A stretch of 64,000 bases of DNA from Candidatus Aenigmatarchaeota archaeon (GCA_963726265.1 CAVSBQ010000002.1:192001-256000); one strand, 5' to 3'; counted from the first letter of the stretch, positions 29,402 to 39,323 are shown. Program-made: numbers and translations. The notes: a model not told the origin generated them from the sequence alone.

Positions 29402-29435
29402 GCCATCACTTTCCTGCGTTCCCTTGTGCAGGGCT

Positions 29436-29951
29436 TCAGTATTCGATGCCTTCCTGCGCCGCCTTGCCCTTCGCGTGCGGATGCCTGATTTCCTTCATCT
29501 CCGTGACCAGGTCCGCCTTCTCTATTATTTTCTCGCTCGCCCCCCTTCCCGTGAGGACGAGGTTCATTTCCTCGGGCAGGTCCTCCATCAGCTCCAGTAT
29601 GTCCGCGTCGTCTATGAGGCCTGCGGAGGCAGCGACGTTAGCCTCGTCGAGTATGATGAGATCGGGCCTGTAGCTGCCCGTCATGACTTTCCTGGCATAC
29701 ATGAGCGCCTCGATGGCGCGCTGCTTGTCTTCCTTGGCGGGGTTCTTCAGGTCGACGAAGTTCTCCGTCCCGAACTGCACGATGTCGAGGCCGGGCAGGT
29801 TTTTCTTAATCAGCAGCTCGCCCGTCTTCGTGCCTTTCAGGAACTGCACCACCACGACGCGCTTGTTGTGGCCTAAAAAGCGAAGGGCCATGCCGAACGC
29901 GGCGGAAGTCTTGCCTTTGCCGTTGCCCGTGAACACGCAAACCATTCCCAT
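29436..29951 (-). CDS. cobO: Cob(I)alamin adenosyltransferase (CobO/BtuR family)
   Basis: TGNGKGKTSAAFG, QFLKG, ILDE, LTGR, ADLVTEM, HP, GIEY. Confidence 0.93.
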   Translation of the reverse strand: MGMVCVFTGNGKGKTSAAFGMALRFLGHNKRVVVVQFLKGTKTGELLIKKNLPGLDIVQFGTENFVDLKNPAKEDKQRAIEALMYARKVMTGSYRPDLIILDEANVAASAGLIDDADILELMEDLPEEMNLVLTGRGASEKIIEKADLVTEMKEIRHPHAKGKAAQEGIEY

Positions 29952-30016
29952 ACCATCACCCTCTTCCGTATGCCTACACTCCTATTATATATACAGATAT
30001 TATATTCGCGTGTCGC

Positions 30017-32398
30017 TCAACTGCACTTGGAGTAGCCGCAGCTCAGGCATGTGTAGCAGCCTTCTGCGCAGTAGAGCTTAGCCTTGCAGACAGGGCAGTT
30101 CTCGTCGGATTCATCGAGCTCTTTCTTATCTTCCTCTGCCTTCACCATTTTCATCTTCTTTCTCTTTTCCTCGCCTATGTGTATAACCTGCACGGCCTTG
30201 CTCATGTCGCGGTATATCGTCACGCCTTTGCACTTCAGCTTGTGCGCGAGTATGTAGGCGTTCTCGACGTCCTTTATGCCCGCCTCGTTGCGCATGTTTA
30301 TCGTCTTGCTGACCGCGTTGTCCGTGAACTTCTGGAAGGCTGCCTGCATCTTTATGTGCCATTCGTAGTCGATGTCATGCGCGGTCTTGAACAGCTCCTT
30401 CGCTGACTTGGGGACGCCTTCTATGTCCTCGATGGAGCCGCTCTTCGAAATCTCGTGCATCAGCTCTTCCGTATAGAAGCCCTTGTCCCGCGCGTATTTT
30501 TCGAACATCCTGTTGACCTCGACCAGCTCGTCGCCGCTGAGGACGTTCTTCCTGACGAATGCGACGGCGAATAACGGCTCTATCCCGCTGGAGCAGTCGG
30601 AAATTATGCTTATCGTCCCCGTCGGCGCGATGGTCGTGACGGTCGCGTTTCTCATGTTTTTGTAGTCCTTCTCGTCCCACCTGCTGCCCTTGAAGTTGGG
30701 AAAACTCCCTCGTTCCTTGCCGAGCTCCACGGATTTGTCGCGGCCGGCCTCCGCTATTGACTTCATCACCTTCTCCCCGATCTTTAGCGCGTCCTCGGAA
30801 TCATAGCGTATGCCGAGCTTTATCAGCATGTCGGCGAAGCCCATGACGCCCAGGCCGATTTTCCTGTTGGCGTGCGTCATGAACTCTATCTGCTTTATCG
30901 GGTACGAGTTCGCGTCTATGACGTTGTCGAGGAAATGCACGCAGGACCTCGTAACCTTTTCCAGCTTTTCCCAGTCTATCTCGCTCTTGCCGTCCTTTTC
31001 CTTGACCATCTTGGAAAGGTTTATCGAGCCGAGATTGCAGGACTCGTAGGGCAAAAGTGGCTGTTCGCCGCATGGATTGGTCGCCTCTATCTGGCCTATG
31101 TGCGGGGTCTGGTTGAACTTGTTTATCTCGTCTATGAAGATTATGCCGGGGTCGCCGGTCTTCCAGGCCTGGTAGGTTATCATCTCCCAGACCTGGCGCG
31201 CGAACAGCTTCTTGAATGGCACGCCGGTCCTCGGGTTCAGCAGGTCGTATTCGCTTTCGTTTTCGAGCGCCTTCATGAACTTGTCCGTGATCGCGACGGA
31301 GATGTTGAAGTTCGTCAGCAGCCGGTTCTCGCTGTCCTTCGACGTTATGAAATCGAGCACGTCGGGATGGTCTATCCTCATTATACCCATGTTAGCACCA
31401 CGACGCCTCCCACCCTGTTTTATGACATCGGTCGCCACGTCGAACACACGCATGAAGGAAAGCGGTCCTGATGCGATGCCTTTCGTCGACTTGACCATGT
31501 CACCGTTCGGCCTGAGCTTCGAGAACGAGAATCCCGTCCCCCCTCCGCTCTGATGGATTATCGCGGTATATTTCAGCGAATCGAAAATGCTGTCAAGCGA
31601 GTCGCCTATGGGAAGCACGAAACATGCAGAAAGCTGACCCAGCTGAGCGCCCGCGTTCATGAGCGTCGGCGAGTTGGGCATGAACTCGAAGCTGGTCATC
31701 ATGGCATAGAATTCGTCCTCCCTTGCCTTCACCTCGCCCCACTTGTTCTTCAGTATCTCGAGCAGCTCGCTGAACGTGACCTTCATCTGCTTTCTCAGAT
31801 TCAGCCTCTGATACGCCCTGTGCAGCATTTTGACGTTGTGCATGGTCAGGCCGATTTCCTGCGCCTTTTTGGGCAGGCCGTCCAGCTCGGGCAGGTCTCT
31901 TATCCTCTGCTCCTTGCCCTTGTCGAAAACCAGATCATGATAAAGCATGTCTATCAGCGAGATATGGCGCGCGACGCGCCTGAACAGCTCGCCCGTCGAT
32001 TCGGTGACGTTGCCTTCTTCGTCCTTGAGCAGGTAGCGCGCCTTCAGGACCTTTATCGTGTTGACGGGAAGCTTCAATTCGTCGCGCACGCCGAGCATTT
32101 CCTTCGCCTTTCTCGACTCCTCGCGCTCCTTCCTGTAGATTATGTACGCTTTCGCGGTCGCCGCATGGCCGTTCTCTATCAGGACCTTCTCCACGATGTC
32201 CTGTATCTGCTCGACGGTCGGGATTTCCTTGTCGAACTTCTCCTCGACCAGCTGGACCACTTTCTCGGCCAAGCTTTTAGCGAGCCCGAGATCCTCGCCT
32301 CCGACCGATTTCGCGGCCTTGAAGATGGCGCTGACTATCTTTTCAGTGTTGAAATCGACGACTCTTCCGTCCCTTTTCTTCACCTTGCTGACCGTCAT
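30017..32398 (-). CDS. nrdJ: Adenosylcobalamin-dependent (class II) ribonucleotide reductase with ATP-cone and C-terminal Zn ribbon
   Basis: VKKRDG ATP-cone, PNSPTLMNAG, LSACF, TNPCGEQPL...CNLGSINL, TIAPTGT, C-terminal CPVC/CLSCGYSKC. Confidence 0.95.
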   Translation of the reverse strand: MTVSKVKKRDGRVVDFNTEKIVSAIFKAAKSVGGEDLGLAKSLAEKVVQLVEEKFDKEIPTVEQIQDIVEKVLIENGHAATAKAYIIYRKEREESRKAKEMLGVRDELKLPVNTIKVLKARYLLKDEEGNVTESTGELFRRVARHISLIDMLYHDLVFDKGKEQRIRDLPELDGLPKKAQEIGLTMHNVKMLHRAYQRLNLRKQMKVTFSELLEILKNKWGEVKAREDEFYAMMTSFEFMPNSPTLMNAGAQLGQLSACFVLPIGDSLDSIFDSLKYTAIIHQSGGGTGFSFSKLRPNGDMVKSTKGIASGPLSFMRVFDVATDVIKQGGRRRGANMGIMRIDHPDVLDFITSKDSENRLLTNFNISVAITDKFMKALENESEYDLLNPRTGVPFKKLFARQVWEMITYQAWKTGDPGIIFIDEINKFNQTPHIGQIEATNPCGEQPLLPYESCNLGSINLSKMVKEKDGKSEIDWEKLEKVTRSCVHFLDNVIDANSYPIKQIEFMTHANRKIGLGVMGFADMLIKLGIRYDSEDALKIGEKVMKSIAEAGRDKSVELGKERGSFPNFKGSRWDEKDYKNMRNATVTTIAPTGTISIISDCSSGIEPLFAVAFVRKNVLSGDELVEVNRMFEKYARDKGFYTEELMHEISKSGSIEDIEGVPKSAKELFKTAHDIDYEWHIKMQAAFQKFTDNAVSKTINMRNEAGIKDVENAYILAHKLKCKGVTIYRDMSKAVQVIHIGEEKRKKMKMVKAEEDKKELDESDENCPVCKAKLYCAEGCYTCLSCGYSKCS

Positions 32399-32856
32399 GC
32401 TTTCCCCCCTTTGCCGCTCAGCTTCCTGAGCTCTTCCTGGAAGCTCTCGATGTCCTCGAACTCGCGGTAGACGGAAGCGAAGCGGATGTAGGCGACTTTG
32501 TCGGCCTTCTTCAGCTTTTTCATCACAAGCTCGCCTATCCTCTTGCTCGGTATCTCGATGCTGTCCTCCCCGCGCAACTCGGCTTCGATTTCTTCCACCA
32601 TCTTTTCTATGGCTTCGTTCGTGATGGGCCTCTTCTCGCAGGAACGGATGATGCCCTTCTTCACCTTGTCCCTGTCGAATCGCTCTCTCCGCCCGTCTTT
32701 CTTCACGACGATAAGCTCCGCCGATTCCACCCTCTCGTATGTGGTGAAGCGCTTGCCGCATTTCAGGCATTCCCTTCGTCGCCACACTGACTTCTCGTCA
32801 GAGCTTCGCTTGTCTATGACCTTCATCTCCTCGCTCGAGCAGTAGGGGCAGCGCAT
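32395..32856 (-). CDS. nrdR: Transcriptional repressor NrdR
   Basis: MRCPYC, RRRECLKCGKRFTTYERVE, ATP-cone, DKVAYIRFASVYREF. Confidence 0.96.
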   Translation of the reverse strand: MRCPYCSSEEMKVIDKRSSDEKSVWRRRECLKCGKRFTTYERVESAELIVVKKDGRRERFDRDKVKKGIIRSCEKRPITNEAIEKMVEEIEAELRGEDSIEIPSKRIGELVMKKLKKADKVAYIRFASVYREFEDIESFQEELRKLSGKGGKA

Positions 32857-32935
32857 TTTTCCACCATTCACTCCTGTCCGGCCCTTTTCATGGCCTTTTT
32901 ACAAGAGTTTTTACTACCGTTTGCTACCGAAAAAA

Positions 32936-32982
32936 ATCCCAATATGTTGGGCTTCGGAAGTTTAAAACACCAATATATTGTA
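32936..32982. promoter_or_regulatory. Tandem NrdR boxes
   Basis: atcccaatatgttggg (32936) and acaccaatatattgta (32967), 31 bp apart, matching the acaCwAtATaTwGtg-type consensus. Confidence 0.8.
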
Positions 32983-33097
32983 GTCATGCATCCTTTATAA
33001 ACATTTCGTTCCTGCAAAATATATTTTATGTTTTGAGATTTTTCCGGGCGGCCGGCGGCCAGGAAAATTATTTTAAAAACGTGGATAATGTATTACC

Positions 33098-34130
33098 ATG
33101 TCCAAAGTTTACTTCTTCCCCGCGGCGCGCAAAGAGGATATGGAGAAGGCGCTGGAAAGGCTCTACGAAAAGATCTCCGGCAGTTTCGACGTCCGAGGAA
33201 AGCGAATCGCGATAAAAATGCATTTCGGCGAGAAGGACAACACCACCCATCTCGATCCCGCCTTCGCCAGAAAGATATGCGAGCTCGTGCGAAGCCGCGG
33301 CGGGACGCCAGAGCTTGTCGAATGCAACACGCTTTATCGCGGCGAACGCCTGCACACGAACGAACACCTCGCGCTCGCTAAGGCGCACGGCTTCGACTTC
33401 GCGCCCGTCGTGATATGCGACGACAAAAACAGGGAATGGCAAATCCCCGTCCGCGGCAAACATTTCAGGAAAGTCAGGGTCGGCGCGCGTCTTAAGGACT
33501 ACAAAATGATGATAGCCGTGACGCATTGCAAGGGTCATGTTGCGGCGGGGTATGGCGGCGCGCTCAAGAACGTGGGCATGGGTTTGGGAAGCCGCGGCGG
33601 GAAACTGGAAATGCACGCCAAGGTAAAGCCCATATTCAAACAAGACAAGTGCAAGGCGTGCGGAGCGTGCGTCAAGCGCATGCCCTGCGGACGCGATTGC
33701 CATGGAGAAATACGCGGTCATGGACTCTGCCAAATGCATAGGCTGCGCGACCTGCGTCGCAGTCTGCCCGTACGGCGCGGTCGAAATTCCGTGGTTCAAC
33801 ACGACCTCGCAGGAAATCCAGGAGCGCATCGTCGAATACGCCCGCGGCGTCACCAGCAAAATCAAAACCATCTATTTCAACTTCCTGCTGAACATCACGC
33901 CCCACTGCGACTGCGTCGCGGACTCTGGCAGGCCGCTGCTCAAGGACATAGGCATTCTTGCATCGGAAGACGTCGTCGCGCTGGAGCAGGCCTCCCTGGA
34001 CATGATAAAGGGGAGAGCAGGCCGCGACGTCTTCATGGAAAGCCACAAGATCGACGTCTCCGTCCAGCCCGCTTACGCGGAGGCGATGGGCATGGGCGAG
34101 AGGCGGTATGAAATAGTGAAGCTTGACTAG
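33098..34130 (+). CDS. DUF362 Fe-S protein with 2x4Fe-4S ferredoxin insert (frameshift near 33680)
   Basis: IKMHFGE, CNTLY.G.R, HCKGH...GYGGALKN.GMG, CKACGAC, CIGCATC...CP, ITPHCDC. Confidence 0.85.
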
Positions 34131-34184
34131 CTCGCCTATGCCGGCACAGCGGCCATTTTTAAAATTAATTATTACTCTTTAATT

Positions 34185-35366
34185 ATGAAACCACGACTAT
34201 TGATTGTTTATAAGCCCTCAATAATCACATACCCATTACTGGAAGAAAAACTTTTAGAGCTGCTCAGTCCTGTAGGAAATTTTATTGCTAGACGAAAATG
34301 GTATTCAATTCCTGAAGAACGGGTTAAGGAACTTTATACTGAACATATGAATAAGCCGTTTTTTGCACCTTTGTGTAATCTACTTTTAGGAAGACCCATA
34401 ACTACTCACGTATTTGAATCTAAGGGAGATGAAGATGAATCTTGGGTAAATTACGTCAGAACCGAGCTGATAGGGCACACAAATCCCCAGCTTTCAAGAA
34501 AAGGTACGTTTAGATATTATGTACATAAATTGACAGGAGAATCTTTGGAAAAAGCGGGCTCGGAAAGGAGATCTATTGACAACGGTGTTCATTGTTCTGA
34601 TTCCATTAAAAGCGGGCAAAGAGAATGCGCTATTTTTTATTGGGATTATATTCTTGATAACTCCAAAATATTATACTCGAATATCTCATTAATGGATGGG
34701 TCTCTTGCAAAAGATTTTGCAAAAAATGGGAGGGGTGTTTTCTTCGAAGAAAGGTTAGAATATTGTTTAAGAAAAAATAAACTTCTAAAAAAAGATGAAT
34801 TATTTGTTAAGTATGAGGAGTTACCTGTACCTGATAAAAATGGTGGATTTAGTTATGGTTGGAAACAGAGAGGTGCTGAAACTTTTACAGCAGGAGGTAG
34901 AGTAAGAAGTAGAAAGGGAGAAGACATTAATATTATAGATTTTGTTGCTAAAGCTTGTATCAATCTTCTTCCCGAAAAAAGAATCACTGAATGGCTTAAA
35001 AGAGGAGAAATTTTATCCACAGAGGGTGTTAAAACACCTAAATTATATTATCGTGAAAAAGGAGCTTATTATGAACAATATCTTAAATTTTCAGCCGAGG
35101 AAGTTCTAAGTAAAGCCGAGCCGATAAAAAGAGAAAAGCTCATAAGACAAATTGCAAGAATTGCTGGAGTTATAGATCGCAAATTTCTGTACCCTCAAGA
35201 TTTTATTGGTGACTTAAGAAGTGATGGTGAGGACATATTTTTTACTGATTTTGGTGAAGATTTAGGAGGTGCTGGTGAAGGTAAACACACAATTGGAAAA
35301 GATACGTTATTTAGCTATTTCAGAGGCAAGGATTTAGATTTATCATTAAAAGAATATGAGAATTAA
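34185..35366 (+). CDS. Nucleoside-diphosphate-kinase-like domain fused to a protein-kinase/APH-like domain
   Basis: KP, Y.EH..KPFF, IGHTNP...KGTFR, NGVHCSDS...RE (NDK); C-terminal AK, TPKLY, FTDFG. Confidence 0.75.
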   Translation: MKPRLLIVYKPSIITYPLLEEKLLELLSPVGNFIARRKWYSIPEERVKELYTEHMNKPFFAPLCNLLLGRPITTHVFESKGDEDESWVNYVRTELIGHTNPQLSRKGTFRYYVHKLTGESLEKAGSERRSIDNGVHCSDSIKSGQRECAIFYWDYILDNSKILYSNISLMDGSLAKDFAKNGRGVFFEERLEYCLRKNKLLKKDELFVKYEELPVPDKNGGFSYGWKQRGAETFTAGGRVRSRKGEDINIIDFVAKACINLLPEKRITEWLKRGEILSTEGVKTPKLYYREKGAYYEQYLKFSAEEVLSKAEPIKREKLIRQIARIAGVIDRKFLYPQDFIGDLRSDGEDIFFTDFGEDLGGAGEGKHTIGKDTLFSYFRGKDLDLSLKEYEN

Positions 35367-35415
35367 TTACTTAATAGATAGTAATATTTATAAAACTTCA
35401 ATTTCAACTAACAAT

Positions 35416-36423
35416 ATGAAACTAAGATCGGCCATTATAGGATTAGGTCATCAAGCAATAGAAGATCATATACCTGGTTTGAAAGATTCTCAACTTGCCA
35501 AATTGATCGCTATTTGCGATGTTGATGAGAACAAATTAAAGGAATGGCAAGATAAATTGGGTGTAAAAGGCTACAAATATCATCAAGATTTATTTAATGC
35601 TGAAAAATTGGATTTTGTTATTGCGGCTTTGCCGCATGACGAATACAGGAGTGTTATAGAAGAGGCCAGCAAAAGGCATTTGCACATTTTGAAAGAAAAG
35701 CCATTTGCCAGAAACTTGGATGAAGCTTTTTATTTCAAAAAACTTTGTGATGAGAATGACATACATTTAACAACAACCTTACAACGAAGATTCAATCCTA
35801 TATACAACACATTTTTCCAATTGAAGGATCAAATCGGAAAACCTTTCTTTGTGGATGCGAAATATACACTTTTTGTTGAAGCGCCGCATGAAGGATGGAG
35901 AGGTAAAAGAGATGAAGCGGGTGGCGGTGCCATAATAGATATGGGATACCACATGATTGACATGATTGTCTGGTATTTTGGCCTTCCAAATAATATACAT
36001 GCAGAATTCTCATCAAAGGCAAAACCCGAAGAAACTTATGATGCAGAAGATACAGCAGTTGTTTTACTTTCTTATGATGATGGTTTACACGGTTCATTGA
36101 CATTGTCAAGATATTATCCTCCAAAAACGGAAAGGATAAAGGTCATTGGAGATAACGGCATAATTGAAGTTGAAAGAGGCAGTATAAAGAGATTTAAAAG
36201 TGATGGTGAATTGGCAGAATCTTTGGTGAGAGAACATTCATGGCCAGTAGCAGCAACAAATCAAATTGATTATTTTTGCAGAGTAATAAAGGGAGAAAGA
36301 GAAAATATTGGAACTCCAGAGTATCATTTACAGCATGTAAGTTTTGTTGATGCTTGTTATAAATCAAAAAAAGAAGGCAAATATATAAATCCGAGGGAGT
36401 TGCTAGCTCGACATGAAAAGTAA
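35416..36423 (+). CDS. Gfo/Idh/MocA family NAD-dependent oxidoreductase
   Basis: IIGLGHQA, KEKPFA, QRRFNP, GGGAIIDMGYHMID; TTTATAAA box at 35387-35394. Confidence 0.92.
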   Translation: MKLRSAIIGLGHQAIEDHIPGLKDSQLAKLIAICDVDENKLKEWQDKLGVKGYKYHQDLFNAEKLDFVIAALPHDEYRSVIEEASKRHLHILKEKPFARNLDEAFYFKKLCDENDIHLTTTLQRRFNPIYNTFFQLKDQIGKPFFVDAKYTLFVEAPHEGWRGKRDEAGGGAIIDMGYHMIDMIVWYFGLPNNIHAEFSSKAKPEETYDAEDTAVVLLSYDDGLHGSLTLSRYYPPKTERIKVIGDNGIIEVERGSIKRFKSDGELAESLVREHSWPVAATNQIDYFCRVIKGERENIGTPEYHLQHVSFVDACYKSKKEGKYINPRELLARHEK

Positions 36424-37663
36424 GTTAGCTATACATGGCGGTGAAAGGGTTGTAAATATTGATGGACCACATTATGTATGGCCTGTGATTGGTGATAAAA
36501 CAAGAAATGCCGTTTTAAATCAGCTTTATGAGAGTATATCAATTTACAATAGATCCGGAATTATAGAAAGGTTAGAAAACAGACTTTCAGAATACTATGG
36601 GAAAAAACATGCTTTATTAACTAATTCTGGTACTTCTGCAATCCACTCCATGTTCGCAGGGAGTGGTTTGAACGAAGGAGATGAAGTTATTGTCCCAGCT
36701 TACACGTTCTACGCAAGCGCAACACCTTTATTTTTCACAGGTTCTATTCCAGTTCTGGCAGATTGCAGAAAAGATGGAAATATAGACCCTAGATATGTCG
36801 AAAGCAAAATAAGCAAAAACACAAAGGGAATCGCCGTTACACATATGTGGGGCTTACCATGTGATATGGAATCGATAGAGAAGTTAGCTAGAAAATTCAA
36901 TCTTATGCTTTTTGAAGATGCTTCTCATGCTCACGGAGCCAAATACAGAGGGAGGAAAATAGGGACATTCGGGAATGCTTCTGCATTTAGTTTGCAAGCC
37001 CAAAAGATTTTGACTGGTGGTGAAGGCGGGATTTTGTTGACAGATAATGATGAAATTTTTTATAGAGCATTGCTTCTAGGCCATTATAATAAAAGATGTA
37101 AACAGGAAATACCTAAAGATCATCCTCTTTATAAATTCGCAATAACAGGCATGGGATTGAAATTTAGAATACATCCCATCGCAGCAGCCATTGCCGATGA
37201 GCAATTAGATAATCTTGATGATATTTTACAGAAAAAAAGAGAGACTGCGGAGAAAATGATTAAAGTATTTGGTAATTTTCCTGGAATCGGTGTGCCTCAA
37301 GTACCTGATGGTGTGGAACCAAGCTGGTATGCTTTTCTCATGCAATACAAACCTGAAGAATTAAAAGGACTTTCTGTTGAAAAATTTTATGAAGCTTTGA
37401 AAGCTGAAGGTTGCGATGAATTAGACAGACCTGGTTCTACTTGCCCTCTTAATTATCATCCTTTGTTCCAAAATCCTGAAATTTTATTTCCAAAATACAA
37501 AGGAAAGGTAAATTATAGAAAGGGGGATTTCCCAGTTGCGGAGGAATTTCATGAAAATTCTTTAAAGTTACCAGTTTGGCATGATCCTAGAGATGAAAAG
37601 GTTTTAGATTTATATATCAAAGCATTTGAGAAAGTGATAGAAAGGAGTGAGGAGCTTTTGTAA
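36413..37663 (+). CDS. DegT/DnrJ/EryC1/StrS family PLP aminotransferase
   Basis: KLAIHGG, NSGTSA, GDEVIVPAYTF, EDASHAHGA, FSLQAQKILTGGEGG. Confidence 0.93.
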   Translation: MKSKLAIHGGERVVNIDGPHYVWPVIGDKTRNAVLNQLYESISIYNRSGIIERLENRLSEYYGKKHALLTNSGTSAIHSMFAGSGLNEGDEVIVPAYTFYASATPLFFTGSIPVLADCRKDGNIDPRYVESKISKNTKGIAVTHMWGLPCDMESIEKLARKFNLMLFEDASHAHGAKYRGRKIGTFGNASAFSLQAQKILTGGEGGILLTDNDEIFYRALLLGHYNKRCKQEIPKDHPLYKFAITGMGLKFRIHPIAAAIADEQLDNLDDILQKKRETAEKMIKVFGNFPGIGVPQVPDGVEPSWYAFLMQYKPEELKGLSVEKFYEALKAEGCDELDRPGSTCPLNYHPLFQNPEILFPKYKGKVNYRKGDFPVAEEFHENSLKLPVWHDPRDEKVLDLYIKAFEKVIERSEELL

Positions 37664-38113
37664 ATGAAACGGACTTTCTATAATACTCTGGTTAGTGAAG
37701 CCCAAAAAATAGGAATTAAAAGATACGTAGTTGGTGCCGTAATAAGAAAAAATTCTGAAATTTTGCTATTAGAAAGACCAAAAAATGAATTTATGGGAGG
37801 AATTTACGAATTGCCCAGCGGTAAGGTAGAGATAGGAGAGTCCCTTGATGCGGCTCTACGTAGGGAAGTTGAGGAAGAAACAAGTCTCCAAATTCATAAA
37901 ATACAAAAGTATTTAGGTCATTTCGATTATGATTCAAAAAAAGGTGACAGAACACGACAATTTAACTTTTCTGTCACAGTCAAAAAACCAATGGAAATCA
38001 GATTGCAAGAGCATGTTGATTATGCTTGGGTTAATAACGATGCATTACACGATCATCCTGTTACTGATAACGTAAAACAAATTTTAAGTTCATTCTGGGA
38101 GACAAATGGATAG
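37664..38113 (+). CDS. Nudix hydrolase
   Basis: ELPSGKVEIGESLDAALRREVEEETSL Nudix box. Confidence 0.92.
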   Translation: MKRTFYNTLVSEAQKIGIKRYVVGAVIRKNSEILLLERPKNEFMGGIYELPSGKVEIGESLDAALRREVEEETSLQIHKIQKYLGHFDYDSKKGDRTRQFNFSVTVKKPMEIRLQEHVDYAWVNNDALHDHPVTDNVKQILSSFWETNG

Positions 38114-38210
38114 AAAAGATCATTTGTTAACCTTTGAAGAACAAGATGCCCTCGGTAAGTCTGAATTATTAGATAGGGTCCATATTGTATTTGGTAATAA
38201 AAAACTATAG
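38106..38210 (+). pseudogene. Truncated thymidylate-kinase-like P-loop remnant (34 aa)
   Basis: MDRKDHLLTFEEQDALGKSELL resembles the ITFEGxDGxGKST N-terminus; start overlaps the Nudix stop. Confidence 0.4.
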
Positions 38211-38285
38211 AGGGGGGCTACTGCAGAAATTAGCGATATGCTTACTAAAATATTCTTTTTATTATAGTAATTAAAAGTGGATATT

Positions 38286-38894
38286 ATGAATTTAGATAAG
38301 AAAATCGTCGATGAAATAATAGAATACGTTAAAAATATTTACTCCAAATTAGAGTTAACACATGACATAAATCATATAGAAAGAGTTGCGAATTTAGCTA
38401 TTTTTTTAGCCGAAAGGGAAGGTGCTAATGTTGATATTGTGAAAGCTTCGGCCTGGTTGCATGACATAGGATACTCAGGTTTGACTAAAAAGGAAATGGT
38501 AGAAAAAGATCATGCAAATTTATCGATAAAAACAGCACAAGGTATTTTGATAAATAGAGGATTGGATAAAGATATTGTAGAATCAATTTGTAAGTGTATT
38601 CTTTTGCATGATAGTTCAAGAATTAAAATCGACAGTTCCATAGAAGCTAAATGTCTTCACGACGCTGATAAGCTTGATTGTGTTGGTGTGCGAGGAATGC
38701 TGAGACTTTTTGCATGGAATCTGACTATCGAACCAATGAATTGTAGTATTTCTGAATATATGAAACATTTGAAGAAAGGTGTATTAACAAAGGAGAAAGT
38801 TTTGATTACTAAAACCGCAAAAGAGCTCGCCAATAAATGGAATAAAAAGTTGTTAGAATTCTTTGATGCATATCAAGATGAAATAAATTTTTAA
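38286..38894 (+). CDS. HD-domain metal-dependent phosphohydrolase
   Basis: HDINHIERV, WLHDIG, DHA, H, DADKLD. Confidence 0.9.
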   Translation: MNLDKKIVDEIIEYVKNIYSKLELTHDINHIERVANLAIFLAEREGANVDIVKASAWLHDIGYSGLTKKEMVEKDHANLSIKTAQGILINRGLDKDIVESICKCILLHDSSRIKIDSSIEAKCLHDADKLDCVGVRGMLRLFAWNLTIEPMNCSISEYMKHLKKGVLTKEKVLITKTAKELANKWNKKLLEFFDAYQDEINF

Positions 38895-38986
38895 AGAAAG
38901 GATAAAATATAACGGCGTGATATATTTATAAACCCCTCCGCCAATAATTCAATCCGCTTAAACATACCATGATTACAGGTGATTAT

Positions 38987-39323
38987 GTGAAACCGTTATG
39001 CGAATACATGATAAATGAGATGCTTCCAGGGTTTCGAGCGCTCGTCGCGAAGAAGCTGATGGAAGACCATGGCCTTTCCCAGACCGAGGTCGCGGAGCTG
39101 CTCGACACGACGCAGCCGGCGATTTCGCAATACAGGCGCCAGCTGCGCGGGAAGAAGACTTCTGTTTTTATGAAGAACCACGAGCTGCTCGACTTCCTCG
39201 ACAGCGATGGCGCAAAGGATTGCGACGGGCAAGATAAGGCCGGACCAGACCGGCCTCGAGTTCTGCAGGGTGTGCAGGTTCATGCGCGACAGGGACATCG
39301 TTTCGGGCGTTTCCATGTGCTGA
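38987..39323 (+). CDS. Archaeal HTH transcriptional regulator (frameshift near 39205)
   Basis: KPLCE...LP.FRALVAKKL...GLSQ.EVA.LL.TTQPAISQY...RG; CRVC in the shifted frame. Confidence 0.8.

Noticed and set aside
32399..32785. 922-aa NrdJ with long N-terminal extension
   Set aside because: The extension is an alternative frame of nrdR; the real start is the ATG at 32398
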